From: a virus
Lineage: Duplodnaviria; Heunggongvirae; Uroviricota; Caudoviricetes
Virus record (IMG/VR): IMGVR_UViG_3300031911_000001
Span: 37,881-101,880 of that record
Direction: 5' to 3' (one strand)
Length of the DNA: 64,000 bases
Shown here: one piece after another, positions 33,636 through 42,257 of the stretch
Layout: every line of letters begins with the position of its first letter
Position numbering within the stretch: the first letter of the stretch is position 1
Position numbers and translations under genes: made by a program
Notes under the pieces: generated by a model
Databases searched by the model: none
What the model was told of the DNA's origin: nothing
Seen by the model: the letters and a program-made list of their open reading frames with translations, nothing else

Positions 33636-33911
33636 ATGGGATACGTCAACGATCTCTCTGCCGCCGACTTCAAGTCTTTGCTTGCAGGCATGGTGGAATC
33701 CAACGACCGGCATCACAGACCGACGGCATCGGCAATCCATCTGAGCAAGTACCTCCAACTCCTGGATGGGAAGCTGACGCTAGAGGACTTCAAGGCAAAG
33801 GCGAACCTCTACTCTATCGTCGACCTTCGCCGGTTGAAGAAGGATGGTCTTTTCATCGACGTTTACCTGCGCATGGTCAAAGAATTGAAGAAAGTTGTTG
33901 ACGACCGTTGA
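33636..33911 (+). CDS. hypothetical protein (91 aa)
   Basis: ORF, TGATG overlap. Confidence 0.5.
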   Translation: MGYVNDLSAADFKSLLAGMVESNDRHHRPTASAIHLSKYLQLLDGKLTLEDFKAKANLYSIVDLRRLKKDGLFIDVYLRMVKELKKVVDDR

Positions 33912-33956
33912 TATCGTCAATACAATAAGACATCAACAACCACTTGGAGAAGTGTA
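33898..33956 (+). promoter_or_regulatory. conserved early promoter + leader, copy 4 (TTGACG-N17-TACAAT...CATCAACAACCACTTGGAGAAGTGTAATG)
   Basis: Seen in sequence. Overlaps the 3' end of the previous gene. Confidence 0.7.
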
Positions 33957-34442
33957 ATGTCAATGACTTTCGCGGCGGCGTACGCAATGGTGATGGGCAC
34001 GGCCTCAATTTCTACGGCCCAGATCGACACCCAGCAACATCACTGCCTTGCTGAGGCAATCTACTTCGAAGCCGGCAATCAAAGCTACTTCGGGAAGATT
34101 GCAGTGGCAAACGTGATCATGAACCGGGCCAAGTCCTCGGGAAAGACGGTCTGTGAGGTCATCAAGCGGCCCAAGCAGTTCAGCTACCGTCAGATGACGG
34201 CCTTCAAGAAGCAGAACATCAAGGTCGATCAGCCCAAGGTGAAGATTGCGGTGGTAAATTCTATCACGGTAGCAAAGGCAGCGCTGAAGAAAAACCTGCC
34301 AGACCTGACCCGTGGGGCACGGTTCTATTTGAACCCGGCCGCAGCGACTGACTTCTCATGGTCTTCCAAGTTCACGAAGACTGTAGTGATCGGTGATCAT
34401 CACTTCTACATTGATCCCAAGGCAAAGAACGGCAACGCATGA
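33957..34442 (+). CDS. SleB/CwlJ-family cell-wall hydrolase with N-terminal signal/anchor
   Basis: CLAEAIYFEAGNQSYFGKIAVANVIMNR...QFS matches the Hydrolase_2 (SleB) signature. N-terminal hydrophobic segment. Confidence 0.65.
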   Translation: MSMTFAAAYAMVMGTASISTAQIDTQQHHCLAEAIYFEAGNQSYFGKIAVANVIMNRAKSSGKTVCEVIKRPKQFSYRQMTAFKKQNIKVDQPKVKIAVVNSITVAKAALKKNLPDLTRGARFYLNPAAATDFSWSSKFTKTVVIGDHHFYIDPKAKNGNA

Positions 34443-34639
34443 ATTCCTTCATTCTCGGACTCATCACCTGTTTCAACGTGATCTGTCTGATTCTATACGT
34501 GCCGATCCTCTGTAAGGAGGTCTACGACTGGGCATGGTGCTGGTACACCAAGAGCACATGGCCTCTGATCTCTCCGGTGGCGGGCTCGGCGTTGATTGTT
34601 TTCACCAATACGCTCTGCCTGTTGATTCCGTCCAAATAA
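34439..34639 (+). CDS. small two-TM membrane protein (holin-like) downstream of hydrolase
   Basis: MNSFILGLITCFNVICLILYVPIL...PLISPVAGSALIVFTNTLCLLIP. ATGA overlap. Confidence 0.5.
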   Translation: MNSFILGLITCFNVICLILYVPILCKEVYDWAWCWYTKSTWPLISPVAGSALIVFTNTLCLLIPSK

Positions 34640-34652
34640 TTGAAAAGAGTTG

Positions 34653-34713
34653 TTGACTCCTCCGGTGGTTGTCCCTACAATAGGAACATCAACAACCACT
34701 TGGAGAAGTGAAC
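34653..34713 (+). promoter_or_regulatory. conserved early promoter + leader, copy 5 (TTGACT-N17-TACAAT...CATCAACAACCACTTGGAGAAGTGAACATG)
   Basis: Seen in sequence. Confidence 0.7.
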
Positions 34714-35073
34714 ATGGCCCACTACAGCAAACTAGTTTTCGTCTACGGCAACTGGACCTCGACCGACAAGCAAAGCGCCGAGATGGACGTGCTGGCTGCC
34801 AAATACAACGGCAAGCACACGGGTGGGATGCGTGGATGCTACGGCACAATCGATTTCAAGACCAAGAAAGAGGCAGAAGATGCGGTTCACGCAATCAACA
34901 ATGGTCGCAAGTTCACTGCCATTGGTGCCTTTGACCGCTCGGTGAAGATGCACCAAGAAATGTACGACGGCATGGTTGCACGTAATGGTGCTGACTACGC
35001 CAACGAAAAGATGGACATGTTCGCAAAGAGCACCTACCCGGGCGTCGGTGCCCTGATCAAGCGGGTCAAGTGA
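34714..35073 (+). CDS. hypothetical protein (119 aa)
   Basis: ATG 34714 after the leader (track starts at GTG 34708). Confidence 0.6.
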   Translation: MAHYSKLVFVYGNWTSTDKQSAEMDVLAAKYNGKHTGGMRGCYGTIDFKTKKEAEDAVHAINNGRKFTAIGAFDRSVKMHQEMYDGMVARNGADYANEKMDMFAKSTYPGVGALIKRVK

Positions 35074-35147
35074 GCTAACCCATTTCAACAATTGATTGAG
35101 GTGCTTGTCACCTAGAATTGGAGCCTTATTAACAAGGGCTCCAATTC

Positions 35148-36104
35148 ATGGCAGGCTTTAAAACCCGAACAATCAAGGCCATCCTCCGGGGGAAGGTCAA
35201 CGCATGGCTCAATACGATTGACAACGAGGAAGTTGTCAAGGCACTCCGCAAGGACGTACTGATCACCGGGGGCAGCATCGCCTCCATGCTCATCGGCGAG
35301 AGCGTCAAGGACTTTGACATCTATCTCCGCACCAAGGAGACGGCAAAGCTCGTTGCCAACTACTACCTCAAGATTTTCAGTGACGAGTACTCAAAGGCTC
35401 ATGCCGGTGAGCAATTGCATGCCGTCGTCGCCGAGGTCTACCGGATGAATCTGAAGGGTGAGGGCGAGATGGTCGTCACCATCAAGAACGAAGGCCGCAA
35501 CCGCAATGCCGTACAGATGCGGGGCGTCGCCGACACCACACAGAGTCCGGATGACATGGCCGAGGAAATGGTCGAAGAGCTCAACGATGAGGCACTCCAA
35601 GACTCCTTCGAGAAGCGCACCTCCAAGCGCTATCACCCGGTGTTCATCAGTGACAATGCGATCACCCTGTCGAACAAGATTCAGATCGTCATGCGGTTCG
35701 TCGGTGAGCCCGAGGTCATCCACGAGAACTACGACTTCGCTCACTGTAAGAACTACTACGACTTTGCCAAGGATGATCTGGTCCTCAATCAACTGGCACT
35801 CGAATGCCTGATGAGCAAGACCCTGCGCTACACCGGCTCCCTGTATCCGCTGTGCTCTGTCTTCCGTGCCAAGAAGTTCATCGAACGTGGTTGGCGCATC
35901 TCGGCTGGTGAGCTGCTCAAAATCTGCTATCAGGTCTCGAAGATCGACTTCGGCGACATGGAAATGTTGCGTGAACAACTGGTCGGCGTCGATGCCCTCT
36001 ACTTCTTCAACCTGATGTCGAAGATCAAGGACCACGTCGATTCCGGCAAGACCCTTGACAACGACTCGCTCGTCAACCTGATCGATGAGGTGTTCAACGC
36101 ATGA
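35148..36104 (+). CDS. hypothetical protein (318 aa), possible nucleotidyltransferase fold
   Basis: ITGGSIASMLIGESVKDFDIY resembles the GS...DxD pol-beta-type motif (weak). Confidence 0.5.
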   Translation: MAGFKTRTIKAILRGKVNAWLNTIDNEEVVKALRKDVLITGGSIASMLIGESVKDFDIYLRTKETAKLVANYYLKIFSDEYSKAHAGEQLHAVVAEVYRMNLKGEGEMVVTIKNEGRNRNAVQMRGVADTTQSPDDMAEEMVEELNDEALQDSFEKRTSKRYHPVFISDNAITLSNKIQIVMRFVGEPEVIHENYDFAHCKNYYDFAKDDLVLNQLALECLMSKTLRYTGSLYPLCSVFRAKKFIERGWRISAGELLKICYQVSKIDFGDMEMLREQLVGVDALYFFNLMSKIKDHVDSGKTLDNDSLVNLIDEVFNA

Positions 36105-36346
36105 CCGTCGAAGAACTCGTCCAATACTGTGAGGCCAACGGCATCAGCCTCAAGACTCCGATTGCCCTGCGCGCAAAGGATGACTACCTCCTTGTCGAGG
36201 AAAACATTGAGACCGGAGATCACCCTTACTTCGGCAACTGCGACAATGGTGGAGACTGGCTCAGGGAGAACGCACCGAAGACGCCAGACGGTGATATCGA
36301 CTTCGACAATCTGCCTTTGTTCCTCATCCTCGACACGGGACGATAA
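36101..36346 (+). CDS. hypothetical protein (81 aa)
   Basis: ATGA overlap. Confidence 0.5.
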   Translation: MTVEELVQYCEANGISLKTPIALRAKDDYLLVEENIETGDHPYFGNCDNGGDWLRENAPKTPDGDIDFDNLPLFLILDTGR

Positions 36347-36348
36347 CC

Positions 36349-36669
36349 ATGAAATTCCTCAAAGACGTTCTCTTCACTGCGTTGACTGACATGGGTGACA
36401 GCGATCATCCCGACGTCGACAAGATCAACACCGTCGTCGACCGGCAGATCGGTAAGCGCCGCTGGGTGGCCGTCAACGAGTGGATCTTCGAGTTCGAGGG
36501 CAAGTTCTACCGGACGACCTACGAAAGCGGCCTGACCGAGAAACAGGACACTGAGCCATTCGAGTACGCACCAGCCGAGATCGAATGCGATGAGGTCTTC
36601 CCGGTGGAAGTCAAGGTCATCAAGTACATGAACGAAGCAGAGAAAGTGAAGCATGAAGCGACTGTTTGA
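36349..36669 (+). CDS. hypothetical protein (106 aa)
   Basis: ORF. Confidence 0.5.
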   Translation: MKFLKDVLFTALTDMGDSDHPDVDKINTVVDRQIGKRRWVAVNEWIFEFEGKFYRTTYESGLTEKQDTEPFEYAPAEIECDEVFPVEVKVIKYMNEAEKVKHEATV

Positions 36670-36895
36670 CATCATCGAGAAGGTGGCCCTGATCGCCACC
36701 GCTGGGCCCAATTCACTGACTCCGGAGGAAAGGAAGTCACTGGGTCAGGACATCTTGAAGAGACTAAATGTCCTTGAAACACGCCCGATTTACCTCAGGC
36801 ACAAAGACAACAACGTCATTCTCTACGCATCAGAATCCGAGATTGCGTTCGAGGATGAGATTTACGAGAAACTCGTCAAAGATGCCAACCTATAG
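36653..36895 (+). CDS. hypothetical protein (80 aa)
   Basis: ORF. Confidence 0.45.
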   Translation: MKRLFDIIEKVALIATAGPNSLTPEERKSLGQDILKRLNVLETRPIYLRHKDNNVILYASESEIAFEDEIYEKLVKDANL

Positions 36896-37139
36896 CTTCA
36901 AATGTTCAAATTGTTCAGAGACCTTTGATGTCATGAACAATATCATTAACCGTGATGCACCAGTTACCGAACCATGTCCAGCATGTGGCAAAGAAGGTGG
37001 TGTGTCAAGGAAACTTGATGCGCCGATGACAACATCGGGTACGCCGGATCATATTGGATCAAAGGTGCCTGCGGGCTTCCGTGATCGACTCAAACAGATC
37101 AAGAAGTCATCAGGCAAACATTGCACAATTGACGTTTAA
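36882..37139 (+). CDS. FmdB-family zinc-ribbon protein (85 aa)
   Basis: MPTYSFKCSNCSETFDV...PCPACG motif. Track ORF 36768..37139 with start moved to Met39. Confidence 0.5.
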   Translation: MPTYSFKCSNCSETFDVMNNIINRDAPVTEPCPACGKEGGVSRKLDAPMTTSGTPDHIGSKVPAGFRDRLKQIKKSSGKHCTIDV

Positions 37140-37144
37140 CCAAT

Positions 37145-37378
37145 ATGGCCAAAATCTACACAGCCGAATCATTCTCGATTGAGGTCGAGCAGGAATATCT
37201 CAAGGCGGGTGGCAAGTACACCTATCTTGAAATCGCTTCGGAATTGATGACCGCAAATGGCATCGATCCCGAAGACGGTGGAACCCTGATCTCGTCGACT
37301 CTCAAGGAAAAAATCAGGGCCGAAAGCCGTGATAGAAACTTGCTGAAAGAGCGCTCTACGACCCGCAAATTGGTCTGA
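37145..37378 (+). CDS. hypothetical protein (77 aa)
   Basis: ORF. Confidence 0.5.
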   Translation: MAKIYTAESFSIEVEQEYLKAGGKYTYLEIASELMTANGIDPEDGGTLISSTLKEKIRAESRDRNLLKERSTTRKLV

Positions 37379-37468
37379 GCCTACTAAATACGAAGTCGGA
37401 GGAATGTTCTGAGCCTACCGCCAAATTCGTTAATAGACAGACACACACTTTACTGAAAGATAAGCAAA

Positions 37469-38539
37469 ATGGTTGATTTCGCAGCACTACGTCAACGCAA
37501 GGGTACAAACTTCGATGCCCTGCAAAAGTCACTGGAAAAATCGAGCTCCGGTGGTGGCTTCAAGAAAGATGAACGCATCTGGAAGCCAAAGGAAAACAAG
37601 GACGGCAAGTCGTCCAGCATCATTCGATTCCTCCCCATCCCCGCAGTTGACTTCGATCTGGTCGCACAGGGCAAGTTCCCCGAGACTGACCTGACGCCCC
37701 TGATCAAGGTGGTCCGTCACCAGTTCCAAGGCCCGAACGGCTGGTACGTTGAGAACTCACTGCAGACCTTCGGTGAAGCCTGCCCGGTCCGTGAACACGA
37801 TGGCCCGATCTGGGGTGACGCCAAGAAGCGCAACGACAAGCCTCTGCAGGAAGTGCTCAAGAAGCGTCTCCCGAAGCAGGACGAGTACGTCGGCATCTAC
37901 GTCATCAAGGACGGCACCAGCCCCGAGAACAACGGTGGCGTGTTCCTGTACCAAGTACCGGCAACGATCAAGAAGATGATCGACCTTGCGAACAAGCCAG
38001 AGTTCGAGAACCAAGTCGCATTCGACCCGTTCGATATCTGGGAAGGCAAGGACCTGATCCTGAACATCACCTACGAAACGAAGGCGATCAACGGCAAGGA
38101 CGCTCGCGTACCGAACTGGACCAACGTGGCGTGGGCACCGGCTCCGAGCGCTTTCCTGAACGGCAACGAAAAGGAAATCGAAGCCGTGTGGCGCAAGCAA
38201 TACTCGCTGCTTGAGTTCCATGATCGCAGCCCGGAAGCCAAGAAGTTCAAGACCTACGACGAGCTCAAGGAAAAGTTCTGCAAGGTGATGAACCTTGACG
38301 AGAACTACAATCCCCTGAAGGGTTCTGCGGCTCGTGCTGGTACTACAGCTGGTGACTTCGTCGGTGGGCAAGAGTCTGCTCCTGCAGCAAGCGCACCTGC
38401 GGCCCCTGCACCGGCCCCGAGCGCACCTCCTGCGGCTACCCCTAGTGCTGCACCTTCAGCAGCCCCTGCGGCCGCTCCTGTAGCTTCGGCGGATGACTCA
38501 ATGGCTGAGTTTGAACGTCTGTTGAACGGCGGCAACTAA
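37469..38539 (+). CDS. single-stranded DNA-binding protein (T4 gp32 homolog) with Ala/Pro-rich C-terminus
   Basis: SIIRFLPIP, CPV...H zinc site and IYVIKDGTSPENNGGVFLYQ align to T4 gp32 ([29 protein letters not shown]). Confidence 0.8.
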   Translation: MVDFAALRQRKGTNFDALQKSLEKSSSGGGFKKDERIWKPKENKDGKSSSIIRFLPIPAVDFDLVAQGKFPETDLTPLIKVVRHQFQGPNGWYVENSLQTFGEACPVREHDGPIWGDAKKRNDKPLQEVLKKRLPKQDEYVGIYVIKDGTSPENNGGVFLYQVPATIKKMIDLANKPEFENQVAFDPFDIWEGKDLILNITYETKAINGKDARVPNWTNVAWAPAPSAFLNGNEKEIEAVWRKQYSLLEFHDRSPEAKKFKTYDELKEKFCKVMNLDENYNPLKGSAARAGTTAGDFVGGQESAPAASAPAAPAPAPSAPPAATPSAAPSAAPAAAPVASADDSMAEFERLLNGGN

Positions 38540-38580
38540 AATAGTTGCATACGAGGGGGCTTCGGCCCCCTCACTAACTT

Positions 38581-39273
38581 TTGGGAAATCAAATGATTGC
38601 TGAAATTCGTAAGAAGACAATCGCCATCGACGTTGATCTGACGGTCGTCGATACCCTGACCCCGTGGCTCAACTGGATCGAACAAACGCAGGGTGAGAAG
38701 TTCCCCTTGCAAGACTTCGCCGGTCACCGGGCCTACTCGAACAAGTACGTGCCGCCGTGGATCGAGCACTATGGCAACATGCCCGGCTTCATGAAGCAAG
38801 GGATGCTTCCACTGGAGGTCGACGAGATCACGTTCATGGCCTACTGGAGTCAACCGACTCTCTACCAGAACCTCAAGCCTCTTGATGGTGTCGTGGAACA
38901 GATCAAGCGACTGTCTGGCAAGTACAACATCGTCTTCGTGAGCCATTGCATTGCTCCGCACCGTGAGTCGAAGAAGAAATTCCTGGAGTATCACTTCAAG
39001 GACGTCCCGTTTCAGTTCCTCGACGTCGCTGGGAAGCAAAAGCACATGGTGCGATACGATTGGCTCATCGATGACACCGTCTCGGTGATTTCGGATGCAG
39101 CAAAGGCCAACCCGAGGAGTGAGCACATCCTGTTCGCCGGGGTCTTCGAGAGCATCGTGCTGGCTCCCTATGACATCGTGGCCAAGGACGTCCTCCGCAA
39201 GTTCTTGCCAGAGGGTGTCAAGGTCAGTAGCGATTGGGTCTCCATCACCAATCACATCTTGGAACAGGCATGA
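38581..39273 (+). CDS. HAD-superfamily 5'(3')-deoxyribonucleotidase-like phosphatase
   Basis: N-terminal IAIDVDLTVVD (DxDxT motif). Confidence 0.55.
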   Translation: MGNQMIAEIRKKTIAIDVDLTVVDTLTPWLNWIEQTQGEKFPLQDFAGHRAYSNKYVPPWIEHYGNMPGFMKQGMLPLEVDEITFMAYWSQPTLYQNLKPLDGVVEQIKRLSGKYNIVFVSHCIAPHRESKKKFLEYHFKDVPFQFLDVAGKQKHMVRYDWLIDDTVSVISDAAKANPRSEHILFAGVFESIVLAPYDIVAKDVLRKFLPEGVKVSSDWVSITNHILEQA

Positions 39274-39455
39274 ACCAAGTCAATCCTGATGCTTACTACG
39301 TCGCCGAGTACATCGGAGTGACTGACGAATATGTCATCAAGAAAGAGTTTGCCTCCTTCGAGGGTGCCATGCAGCACGCCAAGACATTGGACTTGAATCA
39401 GCGGAACATCCTCACCGGTGCCCGTCTCATCGAAATGGGTGTCACTGAGTACTGA
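39270..39455 (+). CDS. small hypothetical protein (61 aa)
   Basis: Start MNQVNPDAY after ggaacagg RBS. Track ORF 39234..39455. Confidence 0.45.
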   Translation: MNQVNPDAYYVAEYIGVTDEYVIKKEFASFEGAMQHAKTLDLNQRNILTGARLIEMGVTEY

Positions 39456-39512
39456 CACTAAGTTCGCTGCTTAAATATCCTCGTAGGCGCATTGTCTACG
39501 AGGATTTCTTAC

Positions 39513-40490
39513 ATGGCAACTACTGAAGAACAATATGCCCGTCTAAACGGGGAGACCGATTCAAGATCGACACAGTTGATCTATCCAATTGATTTGGTCA
39601 ATGACGAGACCTACGTCCCGCACGTGGTTGTCTTTGAGCCGAACATCATTTCGGGACATGCAGTCGATTACACCGACAAGCTGATCAAAGCAGACAACCA
39701 GATCACCGGAGTCTACGGATCAGAAGTCGCCATCAACACGGAGGTCGGCGGAAATGGATCTTTGCGTCGTAAGAAGGGCATCGCTGATTTCAAGGATGGG
39801 AAGACAAACGCTACGTATGTCAAGAGTGATGAGAAGATCGTTCTTCCGATGCCAAACGTCCTGAACTTCAATTACTCGGCACAGTGGCAATCGTCTGACA
39901 TCGGGGCATTGGGTCGGGGTATCGACTTCGTCAATTCCATGAAGGACCACAATTGGGGCCTGATGATGGACCAAGCGGGTGAGGCCACGAAGCGCTCATT
40001 GGCTGGTGCTGTCCAATCACTGGGTATCGCCAATGTGAAGGATTACATGGAATTGACCAGCGGTGTGTCGGTCAACAATTACACTGAGGTGCTGTTCAAG
40101 GGCATGGGCAATCGAATGATCCCGTTCTCGTACACCTTTACACCAAGAAATCTCAAGGAAGCCGAAGTAATTCGTGCAATCATCCATCGATTCAAATACC
40201 ACCAAGCACCGGAGTTCAAGTTCGATGGCGGGAACAATTCGTACATGCTGCACCCTTCGACCTTCGACATCAGCTTCCTGGACCTCCGCAAGGGCAATGG
40301 GAAGCAGAACTCTTGGCTCTACCGGGTATCGACCTGTGCTCTGACCAACATCTCGATCAACGGCACACCGAACGGTGAGTACAGCGTCCTGACCGATGGT
40401 GCCCTGACGGCCATCACCGTGGACTTGATCTTTACCGAAATGGTCACCCTGAGCAAGGAAATGATGCGCAACCCAGAGGAGAGCTTCTAA
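39513..40490 (+). CDS. putative tail/baseplate structural protein (gp48/gp54 tube-family-like?)
   Basis: 325 aa beta-rich protein. Start MATTEEQ. Upstream CTTAAATA at 39463-39470. Position relative to 180/409/697-aa genes resembles the T4 baseplate hub/tape-measure cluster. Confidence 0.4.
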   Translation: MATTEEQYARLNGETDSRSTQLIYPIDLVNDETYVPHVVVFEPNIISGHAVDYTDKLIKADNQITGVYGSEVAINTEVGGNGSLRRKKGIADFKDGKTNATYVKSDEKIVLPMPNVLNFNYSAQWQSSDIGALGRGIDFVNSMKDHNWGLMMDQAGEATKRSLAGAVQSLGIANVKDYMELTSGVSVNNYTEVLFKGMGNRMIPFSYTFTPRNLKEAEVIRAIIHRFKYHQAPEFKFDGGNNSYMLHPSTFDISFLDLRKGNGKQNSWLYRVSTCALTNISINGTPNGEYSVLTDGALTAITVDLIFTEMVTLSKEMMRNPEESF

Positions 40491-41032
40491 TGAGCTACTT
40501 CAAAAACTTCGGCTCGGTCTGGTATCAGATCGAAGAGGGCAACTTTGTCCTCCTGAACGACATTACGAAGTTCGCAGGCTTCACCTCACGTTATCGTGAT
40601 CAGCCCGGGTTCTTCCTCGTCTACAAAATTCGTGAGGGTGAACGCCCTGAGCAGATCAGTCAACGACTCTACGGGGATGGACGCTTTGCGTGGACCATCA
40701 TCCTGTTCAACGGCCTGTGCGACTACGACAACCAATGGCCACTGACACAGGACAACCTCGAGAAGCTCATTGCTGCCAAGTATCCGGGCCAGGACTATGC
40801 CGACGTCCATCACTATGTAGATGAGAACGGAGACATTGCCGATCCACGTGCCTTGCGCATCCTCAATGGCCTGAAGACTGACGCCGATGCCATCGGTACT
40901 TTCAAGCTCTCACCGGTGACGATTGGTGACTACGAGAACGCGGTCAATGAATCCAAACGCAGTATCAAACTGATCAACGCAAACCAGATTGCCAAGGTCG
41001 AGAAAGACCTGAAAGACTTGTTCAATGGCTGA
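40490..41032 (+). CDS. hypothetical structural protein (180 aa; size like T4 gp28)
   Basis: ATGA overlap with previous gene. Confidence 0.5.
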   Translation: MSYFKNFGSVWYQIEEGNFVLLNDITKFAGFTSRYRDQPGFFLVYKIREGERPEQISQRLYGDGRFAWTIILFNGLCDYDNQWPLTQDNLEKLIAAKYPGQDYADVHHYVDENGDIADPRALRILNGLKTDADAIGTFKLSPVTIGDYENAVNESKRSIKLINANQIAKVEKDLKDLFNG

Positions 41033-42254
41033 TGCTTCTAAGACTCAACGCTACTCTCGTGAGCACCAGTATGAACTGCTGGAGCTCACCTTCTACCGAC
41101 TGACGGATAGCGGCGACGTGCCCGACAAGACCAAGTGGATTGACATGGCCTCGATGATGGAGGAACTCGATATCTACGAGGACATCATGTCCAACTCCGT
41201 CACCGGGCAGATGCTGGTCGTAGACGGATTCAACATGCCTGACCGCCTCCCTATCGTCGGTGGAGAGCGTCTGAAGGTCCGCTTCCGTACTGCCTCCTTT
41301 GAGAAAGAGATCAACCAGACGATGGTGATCTACAAGGTCGGCGAGCGCATGTTCTCGAACAACCCGGACAAGGCCCAGATGTACTGGCTGTTCCTGTGTA
41401 CCGAGGACGCATGGAACAATGCCCAACTGGACGTGAGCTTCTCGAGCCGTGGCACCTACGACTCCCTCATCAAGAAGTCTCTCGAGAAGTTGAACTCGAA
41501 GAAGACCCAAGACCTGCAAGCGACCAACGGCATCGCCAGCTTCATTGCCCCTTACTGGAGCCCTCTGAAGATTTGCTCCTATGCAGCAACCCGCTCCGTC
41601 ACGGATGATGGTGGGCCGATGTTCTTCTGGGAGACGACTGACGCCTACATGCTCAAGTCATTGGACACGATGTTCAAGCAGGCCCCACAGAAGAAAATCT
41701 TCATTGAGGACCGTAAGGGCAACTCTATCCTTGAGCACGCTGACAAGCTGTTCAACACGGTCATGAGCTGGAACTATGCCGCCTCTGATGACAAGCTCAC
41801 TCAGAACCGCAACGGCGACTTCGGTACCGACGTCTACATCATGGACACCGTCAACTGGAACATCAGTCGTCAGGAAGTGACGAAGGACTCCATCGACATC
41901 ATCCGTATCGACAAATTCCCTATCACCGATAGCAAGTGGAGTGGCCGCTCCAAGACTGAGTCCGTCCTGAGCAAGCCAGATGGATCGGAACAGTCGGAAG
42001 TCCGCAAGCGCCTGATTCTGGACAAGATAGATAATAAGAGGATCGTAGTTGAATTGCCCGGGGATTCATCAGTCCATGCAGGTCAACTCATTGATCTGGA
42101 TGTGCCCAGTATGACCGGACAACTTGCCTACGCCACCGAAAAGGTCGCAAGTGGAAACTTCCTGGCCGCTTCCGTGAGACACATCCTCGTCCGTGATCGA
42201 TACAAGATGAACATTGAGCTCCTCAAGAACGCGACAGAAAAGCAAGTGGTGTAA
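41025..42254 (+). CDS. hypothetical structural protein (409 aa; size like T4 gp27 baseplate hub)
   Basis: Overlapping start. Assignment by size/synteny only. Confidence 0.5.
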   Translation: MADASKTQRYSREHQYELLELTFYRLTDSGDVPDKTKWIDMASMMEELDIYEDIMSNSVTGQMLVVDGFNMPDRLPIVGGERLKVRFRTASFEKEINQTMVIYKVGERMFSNNPDKAQMYWLFLCTEDAWNNAQLDVSFSSRGTYDSLIKKSLEKLNSKKTQDLQATNGIASFIAPYWSPLKICSYAATRSVTDDGGPMFFWETTDAYMLKSLDTMFKQAPQKKIFIEDRKGNSILEHADKLFNTVMSWNYAASDDKLTQNRNGDFGTDVYIMDTVNWNISRQEVTKDSIDIIRIDKFPITDSKWSGRSKTESVLSKPDGSEQSEVRKRLILDKIDNKRIVVELPGDSSVHAGQLIDLDVPSMTGQLAYATEKVASGNFLAASVRHILVRDRYKMNIELLKNATEKQVV

Positions 42255-42257
42255 TAA

